Shown: positions 50,668 to 57,954 of the stretch, piece by piece
Position numbering within the stretch: position 1 is the first letter of the stretch
Layout of the letters: every line of letters starts with the position of its first letter
DNA from: a virus
Length of the DNA: 64,000 bases
Direction: 5' to 3' (one strand)
Virus record (IMG/VR): IMGVR_UViG_3300044730_001993
Span: 1 to 64,000 of that record
Made by a program: the position numbers and the translations under genes
The notes under the pieces: generated by a model
Database searches by the model: none
Told to the model about the DNA's origin: nothing
What the model saw: only the letters and a program-made list of their open reading frames with translations

Positions 50668-51857
50668 CGCGAGCCCGCCTTGCGCGCCGAGCGTCGCCCG
50701 TTCTTCTGCGACGGGCGGAAGGCGGGATCGGACCGCATGATTACTTTGCCGCTCGGTGTGGTGAACGGTCGGTAGGTCATACCGCCCGGACCTCCCATGT
50801 AAGGCCCGTGGTCGTCGATGCCGATCGTGGCCGTCGCCCTGCGACCGTCCCATAGAGTGGCCGTTACCATGACGGTCCCCGGCACGGAGTGATCGAACGA
50901 CCATGCGGGGTCGGCGGCGAGATCGAACTCCACGGAGAGGATGCCGCGAGCGGTATCCTCAAGACGCCGCGCTTCATCCGCGCCGATGGCCTTGGTTGCC
51001 TTCATTGATCGTCGCCCGTTCTTCTGCGCTTCGCGATCGAGGAACGTGAGACTCACCACGCTGCCCTGCCGCCAGTAGTCGAGGAACCTGTACTGGTGCG
51101 CGTGGTAGAATGCCATCTCCACGTCGCGCTCGCTCATGCCGAACATCCCCCACACGGGAGACTCCAGCGTGCGCAGCCCATTGCCGGTCGCGTTGTGAAT
51201 GTCGCGGGCGATGTACGTGAACGTTTCGTCGTCGATGTGAAGTCCGCGGCGCCGCCCTTCGGCGTTGACGTTTCTGTCGCCCGACACCTTGTACGGTTCG
51301 TCGAGCACGCTCCACGCCACGAGGGCATCGAACAGGCGCAGCGACACGGAGTCGCGCTCCTTCTGGTCCCACCGCACGCCGCCCGTAAACTCGGCCTTGT
51401 CGCGGAGGCGCGGGTGCCCGTCGTCGTCGTAGACCGTCGCCACGTCGAACTGGTACGGCTTGCGCCTGAAGTTGCAGGTTCCGCCCTCGCGGTCGCACTC
51501 GTCGCGCACCATCTTCACTGCCTCGCGCAGCGTCCGACTGGCCTTGAGCGCATCGTAGAACTCGCGTGCGTGCTTGTAGCGGTCGCGCGACTTCGGCACG
51601 GGCACGGTGCGCGAGAAGAGTTCCGACGCATCGCCCCTCGTACGCTTCACGCCGTCCACTGCGATCACGCGCTTCGACTCGATACGGTGGGGGAACTGCC
51701 TATCCTCGGAGTGCACGGTGACGTCGCCGCCGTCGTGCTCCTGAATCGAGTCAACGTAGATCGTGCGAACGAGCGGCTCGAAGTCCGCGCGGTACGTGAC
51801 GGAGTGCTTGCGGTCGGGGTTGCCGGTTGCGCGGCGGCGGACTCTCGTGGCGGGCAT
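50664..51857 (-). CDS. Multi-module protein with a BrxA/DUF1819-like segment and three tags
   Basis: RRRATGNP leader. IDDETFTYIARDI...ESPVWGMFGMSERDVE...AHQYRFLDYWRQGSVVSLTF. QKNGRRS twice. Confidence 0.6.
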   Translation of the reverse strand: MPATRVRRRATGNPDRKHSVTYRADFEPLVRTIYVDSIQEHDGGDVTVHSEDRQFPHRIESKRVIAVDGVKRTRGDASELFSRTVPVPKSRDRYKHAREFYDALKASRTLREAVKMVRDECDREGGTCNFRRKPYQFDVATVYDDDGHPRLRDKAEFTGGVRWDQKERDSVSLRLFDALVAWSVLDEPYKVSGDRNVNAEGRRRGLHIDDETFTYIARDIHNATGNGLRTLESPVWGMFGMSERDVEMAFYHAHQYRFLDYWRQGSVVSLTFLDREAQKNGRRSMKATKAIGADEARRLEDTARGILSVEFDLAADPAWSFDHSVPGTVMVTATLWDGRRATATIGIDDHGPYMGGPGGMTYRPFTTPSGKVIMRSDPAFRPSQKNGRRSARKAGSR

Positions 51858-52179
51858 ACCGGCGACGCTACACGATCGCCCGAAGTTCCGCTACGGCGAA
51901 CGTCGCCCGTTTATTCACTCCGCCGTTTCCCGCTAGACGCGCGACGCGGCGCGGCGTAGGATCGCGGGACCATGCGTAAACTCGTTCTTCTCGCCGCACT
52001 CCTCAACGCTTGCGACGACGCCGTTGTCGCGCCCCGCGACGCCACGCTCGACTCGCCCGAGTCCGATGCGGTCACCGTGTTCGACGCCTCGCAGGAGCCG
52101 CTGAACGCTCCCGCCGACGTGCTCGACGCGGGCATCGACGCGCGCTGAACATCCACGCCGCCGCTCACGTACAACTCCC

Positions 52180-52521
52180 GTGAGCACCACCCCCGACCCC
52201 AGCGCCATCACCTACTACGCCCATCGTCGCGTTCGCGCCGACGGCCTCGTCTCGTATTTCCACGCGTCGCCGAGTCGGTGGTGGGTCGAGTTGCACGGCA
52301 GTACCGAGCCCGTCGTGACGATCCGACTCCGCGAACGTACCGCTGCGGACGCGCCGTCGTCCTACTTCGCGTGGCTCAGGTTCGATCGCCCCGAGCGATA
52401 CGCGATGGTATGGCCGTCGGAGGGGCAACTCGAAATGTGTTTTCCGGGCGGCTCGCAAGCGGAGGCCGACCGCGGTCTCGGACGCAAGGTGAACTTGATC
52501 GTCGAGGAGGTGACGACGTGA
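52180..52521 (+). CDS. Hypothetical protein, tandem paralog A
   Basis: YYAHR...YFAWL...MVWPS...GRKVNLIVEEV. Confidence 0.7.
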   Translation: MSTTPDPSAITYYAHRRVRADGLVSYFHASPSRWWVELHGSTEPVVTIRLRERTAADAPSSYFAWLRFDRPERYAMVWPSEGQLEMCFPGGSQAEADRGLGRKVNLIVEEVTT

Positions 52522-52839
52522 GCGCCGACCCTAGTTCGCACGCCTACTACGCCCACCGCATCGTGCGGCGAAGTGGCGTACTCGCACGCGACCCCGAAGC
52601 GCGAGCGGCTTCGCTTCTACGGCGGCAACGACCCGATCGTGGCCGTGAGGTTGCGCGAGCGTACCGACGCCGACCCGCCGTCAACGTACTTCGGGTGGCT
52701 CGCAACGGGAGGGAGCGCCTACGAAATGGTGTGGCGCTCACGCACGCACTTCGAGGCGTGTTTCCAGTACACTTCCGACGAGGCGGCGAGCAAGGGCCGC
52801 GGGCGTCGGGTCAACCTCGTCGTCGAGGAGGTTCCGTAA
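52518..52839 (+). pseudogene. Tandem paralog B, frameshifted near 52573
   Basis: DPSSHAYYAHR and YSHATP...YFGWL...VNLVVEEV are in different frames. Confidence 0.7.
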
Positions 52840-53405
52840 TGCGCTGGCTCACCTCAGATTTGCACGTCGGACACACGAACATCATCACGTACTGCAAGCG
52901 TCCGTTCCCCGACGTAGCGGCGATGAACGAGGCGATCTTCTCGCGCTGGCGGGCGTCGGTCGCGCCCGACGACGAGGTTTGGGTTCTCGGCGACGTGGTG
53001 CTCGGGCACGACTGGCGCGAGTCGCTGCACGCCATCGCCGCGCTGCCAGGGCGCAAGGTGCTCGTGGCGGGCAACCACGATCGGTGCTGGCACGGGCACG
53101 GCGCGAAGCACGCACTGTACGTCTCCGACTACGCCGTCGCCTTCGACGTTCGGCAAGGCACGCAGCGCCTCACGATCGACGGCATCGAGTGCGACGTGTC
53201 GCACTTCCCGTACGTGGACGAAGAGCGCGAGCGGCCCGACAAGTACGCGCAGTGGCGCCCGCGCGACGAAGGGCGACCGCTGTTGTGCGGCCACGTTCAC
53301 GAGAAGTGGCGGCGGCGCGGGTGCGAGGTGAACGTGGGCGTGGACGTGTGGGACTTCGCCCCCGTCGCGGAGACCACGCTCGCGGCGATGCTGCGGGCGA
53401 TTTAG
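52839..53405 (+). CDS. Calcineurin-like metallophosphoesterase
   Basis: SDLHVGH, LGD, GNHD, SHFP and GHVH motifs. Confidence 0.92.
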   Translation: MRWLTSDLHVGHTNIITYCKRPFPDVAAMNEAIFSRWRASVAPDDEVWVLGDVVLGHDWRESLHAIAALPGRKVLVAGNHDRCWHGHGAKHALYVSDYAVAFDVRQGTQRLTIDGIECDVSHFPYVDEERERPDKYAQWRPRDEGRPLLCGHVHEKWRRRGCEVNVGVDVWDFAPVAETTLAAMLRAI

Positions 53406-54052
53406 GACGCGCTCTTGCGCTGCTCGTACGATGCGAGCGCATCGTCTGCCGTGGGCTGCAATTTGTCGAGGTTGATCGCCATGTAGTCGCTGTTCTTGCC
53501 GAGGCGCTTGAATCCGATGCGACTCCAGTGCTCGCGCAGTTTTCGGAACGCCGCCGTCCGCTCGGGCGAGAGAGTCGGCGCGTCGGTCGATGCGAACTGC
53601 AAGGGGAACGCCTTGCCGATCGCGTAACCGCACCCCGCCCCGAACGTCTTCACGAACCGCATCGCCGCCATAAGCCCGACGCCGATGCCGCGGTGCGCTT
53701 CATCGACCTTCACGAGTTCGACGATGAGCGTGTCGATGCCGTTCGATGCGTCTTCGATAAGATCCTCCACCTCGTCGCGAGCGAAGCCCGTCGCGGGGTC
53801 GGCGATCGCGTTCATGTACGACACGAGTTAGCCGTCGATCGCGTCGCAGGCGTCCATCGCTTCGTGGTAGGCGCCGCACGCCAGAACACGCCACCCGCGA
53901 ACCTCGCCGACGATTTTCTCGCGGTCGTCGTCGCCGACGAAAACGATCTTGCCGTCGATGCGCTGCAAGACGTGCTCGAACTCGTCTTCGACGTTTGCGA
54001 GACTGCTCTCGATGCCGAAGCGAACCCTGTACTGGTCGATGTAGTGGCTCAT
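53402..54052 (-). pseudogene. GNAT-like acetyltransferase split by an in-frame TAA at 53828-53830
   Basis: DAIDG*LVSYMN is continuous in frame. VKVDEAHRGIGVG and KLREHWSRIGFK motifs. Confidence 0.7.
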
Positions 54053-54083
54053 GCCACGTTGACGCCGCGATGGTGGCGACTAT

Positions 54084-55133
54084 TCACCGAACGCCGCAGT
54101 CCATCGCAGCGCGAACGTACGCGGCGTGACTGTATCGGTTCTCGGCGTCGGCGAAACTCTTGGCCGCTCGGTAGACGCGCGTGACGCAGTTCGGGTTCAG
54201 AATCACCGTCTCCGACGCCATCGGCTGAAACACGTCGTAGCCCGATGCCTTCGCGTAGGCGTACGCCTCGCGCACGAACTCCAAGTGCGAGAACGAAGGA
54301 TCGCCGGGAGTAATGCTCGCGATCCACGCAGCACGCATCGAACGACCGTTCGCCGCCGCGAGTGCGTGCATACGGTCGACCATCCGATCGAACCACGCAG
54401 GCTTCGACGACGGCGCAAAACCGAACCTATCGGTGACGTTTGCCGACCACTCCAGAATCGACGCGTCAAGGCGCACTTCTACCGCGAGCACGTTCTTGCC
54501 GTACGAGGAATACGGTGTGGTCGTGGTGTAGAAGCCCTCGCCGAAGAAACCCTTGTCGGTGCGACTGCCATACATCGCAGGGTCGGGCTTCTGCTCCGCG
54601 AGCAAACGCTTCACGTTCGCCGCGGTCGAACCGTGGAAGTATCGCCGCGTGCGAAGGTCGAACTCGCGCACGGTGAGGCGCCACGGAGGCACGTCGCCCA
54701 CCCCGTACCACGGGGCAACTCGATCCATGCAGTCGGCGCTCACGGTGGAACGCCCGTTCTTCTGCGCCCGTCGCCCCGCGCGCTTGCTCTCGAACGTCGC
54801 GATCACGTCACGGAGCCACGGCGCCACCGGGTCTTGCCACCCGCTCTTGCGGTAGGGGATCGACGGCGTGCCACCCCACAAGAGCCAAGAAACCGCCGCA
54901 GGCGACTTCGGGTCGCGCATACGCTTCGCCGACTCGGCCTTCGCGACGCCGTGGCGCGCGAACCACCCGCGCATCTTCTTCGCCTTCGCGTAGTCGATCG
55001 GTTCGCCGTCGGCGAGACGTTCGGCCCACCGCACCGTCTCACCGCGCAGCCCCTTGCCCGCGTAGCCCTCGCGGACCAGCGCGAGCCCCTTGCGGAGCGC
55101 GGAGCGTACGGCGGCGGGCGCGGTGGTGCTCAT
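54084..55133 (-). CDS. Phage WLLWGG-type domain plus PARP-like (ART-PolyVal-like) ADP-ribosyltransferase, joined by RRAQKNG
   Basis: KMRGWFARH...VSWLLWGG, then YFHGST...FFGEGFYTT...SYG...GYD...SETVILNP (H-Y-E). Confidence 0.75.
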   Translation of the reverse strand: MSTTAPAAVRSALRKGLALVREGYAGKGLRGETVRWAERLADGEPIDYAKAKKMRGWFARHGVAKAESAKRMRDPKSPAAVSWLLWGGTPSIPYRKSGWQDPVAPWLRDVIATFESKRAGRRAQKNGRSTVSADCMDRVAPWYGVGDVPPWRLTVREFDLRTRRYFHGSTAANVKRLLAEQKPDPAMYGSRTDKGFFGEGFYTTTTPYSSYGKNVLAVEVRLDASILEWSANVTDRFGFAPSSKPAWFDRMVDRMHALAAANGRSMRAAWIASITPGDPSFSHLEFVREAYAYAKASGYDVFQPMASETVILNPNCVTRVYRAAKSFADAENRYSHAAYVRAAMDCGVR

Positions 55134-55693
55134 CAGCCGACCAGATCGCCCCACGCTCGGATGACGAACTTCTTCTTGGCGACATCGTAGATCACCGTGG
55201 CGATGTACGGATCGCCCATGTTCACGCAGAGGAACCGCGTGTCGCCGAAGTAGCGATCGACCCACAGGCCGTCGTCGCGACGGATCGCCTCGACGCCGTG
55301 AGCGTCGAGCACGCGGTCTACGCGCGCGAGTACGTTGCCGACGAAACTGCCGCCGTACATCGCGGCCTCGTTCATCGCGTCACGCAGCGACTCCGCGTCG
55401 GCCTTCGTGAACGTTCGCCCGTCGTGCCTCGCGTGCGGCGAAACCAGCGCGTAGATTGCAGCCGACGACGGGGCACGAGACACCTTGCGGGCGCTCGCGA
55501 TCTTCTTGACGCGGGGCTTGCCGGTCTTGCCTCCGCAGATCGCGCACTCCTTGCCGCGGGGCCAGTGATAGAGTTCGTGACTCATGCGGACGCCGCGCCA
55601 TCGGCTATCGGCGCTCTTGCCCGCCTCCCAGAAGCACGCCTCGTGAACGAACCCGCCGCCAGTGGAGTACCCGATCGTTTTCGCGCTGCTCAT
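55133..55693 (-). CDS. Hypothetical phage protein
   Basis: Zn-finger-like N-terminus, basic linker, then HGVEAI...VNMGDPY...WGD. Confidence 0.65.
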   Translation of the reverse strand: MSSAKTIGYSTGGGFVHEACFWEAGKSADSRWRGVRMSHELYHWPRGKECAICGGKTGKPRVKKIASARKVSRAPSSAAIYALVSPHARHDGRTFTKADAESLRDAMNEAAMYGGSFVGNVLARVDRVLDAHGVEAIRRDDGLWVDRYFGDTRFLCVNMGDPYIATVIYDVAKKKFVIRAWGDLVG

Positions 55694-55746
55694 CGTGGCG
55701 ACGATGCTACGCACAAGTGGTGCGCGCGAGCAAGCGATTACGCGGC

Positions 55747-56322
55747 CTACCAGTTCTTGACGATCCTCACGAGTCGCGCGTCGTTGTGCGGCTTGAGCAC
55801 AACTTCGTGCTCGTGTCCGAAGCCGCGAGAGGCCAGCGGCGTATCGTCCTGCGCGTGGTGCGCGAGAACGTCGCTCGCCGCCACGTCGTACACGGCGACG
55901 AACTTCGCAGCGCCGGTCACGTCGTCGGTGGTGACGGAGAGGCCCGACGTTTCGTCCGCGGACTCGCCCTTGAGTCGCCGGTACATCCGCGCATGGTCGC
56001 CGCCGTGATGCGAGACGAACGCCCGCTCGACCCCGGCGTCCCACGCGCTTCGCTGCGCTTGCGGCAACGACTCGTAGTCGCTCAGAAGCGCGTTCTTCGC
56101 GTCGCGTGTGCCATAGAACACCCACTCGTTTAGGGACGGGTACAGGGTGTCTAGCGCAGAAGCGTAGGCCCGCTCGCGGAACCCGTTTCGCTGCGAGCGC
56201 CTCACGCTACCGGGCCGTGCGATCGCCGAGCACCCGCACACGACGCCGCGCCCGCGGTCGTCCGTGATCGAGCACGCACGCCCGCAACCGGCGCAGCGAA
56301 CGCGACGCTTGCGCGCGGTCAT
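55747..56322 (-). CDS. Putative R-S-E type ADP-ribosyltransferase with RRSQRNG tag
   Basis: RMYR...GLSVTTD...GHEHEVVL (R, SxT, ExE). Confidence 0.6.
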   Translation of the reverse strand: MTARKRRVRCAGCGRACSITDDRGRGVVCGCSAIARPGSVRRSQRNGFRERAYASALDTLYPSLNEWVFYGTRDAKNALLSDYESLPQAQRSAWDAGVERAFVSHHGGDHARMYRRLKGESADETSGLSVTTDDVTGAAKFVAVYDVAASDVLAHHAQDDTPLASRGFGHEHEVVLKPHNDARLVRIVKNW

Positions 56323-56915
56323 CGGCGATGTTTGCCCATCCGACGCGAGCCGTTACGCTCTGCACGGCGACGCTCCGCCTCATCGATGTCCGGGGTTTCG
56401 TTGAACGTAAGAAAACGACCCTCGCCGACGCGCTTGTGCATCCGCGCGAGACGTTCGTCGCCCTGCCAGCCGGGGATCGCCTCGATGCGCCCCGCCATCT
56501 TGGCGCGGTAGTTATCGCGATCGAGGTGACTCTCCATCGCCTCTACCACCGATGTTTTCAGCGCCTTTGATGCCTCGCGAGACCGCGCGCGAAGCCATGC
56601 AAGCCGAGCCGAAATAGGCGGCACCGCGCCACTGTTCCGCAGACCCGTGAACCACACGTTGTAGTCGACCTTGTCTCGCATCGTCATCGCATCCATCGCG
56701 TCGGCGAGACGGTCGTCCACGAACTCGCTTGCAGCGAACAACGACGTAACGTCGGGCACCCTCAGTTTCTCGTAGTGAAACTCGGTGATCTTGGCCGACG
56801 ATTCGCCGTGAATGGCACGGAACTCGTAGCTGTAGTGCCGTTCGCCGCGAATCTTCTTTGTCTCGAAGCGAACGATCTCTTTGGCCGTCGCGCTGGTCTT
56901 CCACTCGTCTGCCAT
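56319..56915 (-). CDS. Hypothetical protein with C-terminal RRAERNG tag
   Basis: Shares the RIEAIPGW..DERLARMH module with the adjacent gene. Confidence 0.65.
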   Translation of the reverse strand: MADEWKTSATAKEIVRFETKKIRGERHYSYEFRAIHGESSAKITEFHYEKLRVPDVTSLFAASEFVDDRLADAMDAMTMRDKVDYNVWFTGLRNSGAVPPISARLAWLRARSREASKALKTSVVEAMESHLDRDNYRAKMAGRIEAIPGWQGDERLARMHKRVGEGRFLTFNETPDIDEAERRRAERNGSRRMGKHRR

Positions 56916-56958
56916 TCGTCGATCCTATCGTCGGTGCGCGGTCACGCGCAAGTTGAGC

Positions 56959-57954
56959 CTACCGCCGACTCCGCGGCGCCTTGCGGGGCTTCGCCGCCGA
57001 ACGTCGCGCGGCACGCCGACCGTTCGTCGCAGCGCGGCGGCGCAGCGGCCCGAGCGCGGCTTCGACCTCCGCGTCCGTCGGGTAGTAGAACGGGACGCCG
57101 AAATCCTTCATCATCGCGCGCACCATGCGGAGTTGCGCCTCCGACGTGGCAACGCCGTCCGCGATCTGCGTTGCGAGCGTGCGGGCGAACTCAGCCGCGT
57201 CCGCGTTGCCCACGCGCTTCGCGATGGCGTACGCCTCGCGCAGTGCCACCGGGCGCCCATCCCGCGGGTCGTAGGCGTCGGGGGCGACCGCACGCACGGG
57301 ACCGGGCGCGGAGGGCGCTGCGGGGGCCGTGGGGCGCTGCGGCGGGGGTACGGACGGGGGCCGAGCGGCGGGGGCCGACGCACCGATGCCAGCGCGACGT
57401 TCCATCTGCTCGATATGCTGGTGCTCGCCTTCGGTGAGAACCTTCCTCTCGTCGGCGCGATTGTGCATCCGCGCGAGACGTTCGTCGCTCCGCCAGCCGG
57501 GGATCGCCTCGATGCGAGCCATCGTATCGAGGCGGTATCGGCCACGATCGGGGACGCTTGCGTTGCGCTCGTAGAAGTCGGGCATCTTCGCGTACTCGGC
57601 GCGCATCGAATTGACGCCCTCGCGCCAGTTCTCACGCCAGTTCTTCGTGCGGTTGAAGCCCTTCTGCCCCTGCGCCCTCTTGTTCACCGTCTCCCCCGAC
57701 ACGGTGCTGATAAGCGAGAGTTGCATCGACCCTTCGCCCTTGCCGACGCCCTTGTCGCCGCTGCCGATCGTGGACGACACCTTGATCGCGACCTTGGGGC
57801 CGAGAGGGAGTCGGTAGATGCCCACATGGTTCGGGTCGCGCACCCACGGGGTGCCGAGCGTTTCGAGCCACGCTTCGAGGTCGGCGCGGGAGATTTCGAC
57901 GTAGGTCGACGCGTTCGGGAACGAGCGGCGGGCAGTTCTCTTCGGGGTTCTCAC
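56959..57954 (-). CDS. Multi-module hypothetical protein with tags at both ends
   Basis: RRSFPNA leader, Pro-rich linker, RRAATNGRR tail. Confidence 0.7.
   Translation of the reverse strand: MRTPKRTARRSFPNASTYVEISRADLEAWLETLGTPWVRDPNHVGIYRLPLGPKVAIKVSSTIGSGDKGVGKGEGSMQLSLISTVSGETVNKRAQGQKGFNRTKNWRENWREGVNSMRAEYAKMPDFYERNASVPDRGRYRLDTMARIEAIPGWRSDERLARMHNRADERKVLTEGEHQHIEQMERRAGIGASAPAARPPSVPPPQRPTAPAAPSAPGPVRAVAPDAYDPRDGRPVALREAYAIAKRVGNADAAEFARTLATQIADGVATSEAQLRMVRAMMKDFGVPFYYPTDAEVEAALGPLRRRAATNGRRAARRSAAKPRKAPRSRR

Noticed and set aside
24988-54052. Stop-codon reassignment to explain the in-frame stops
   Set aside because: The two stops differ (TAG and TAA), and TAG, TAA and TGA all end clear genes, for example TAG for the integrase and the phosphoesterase.
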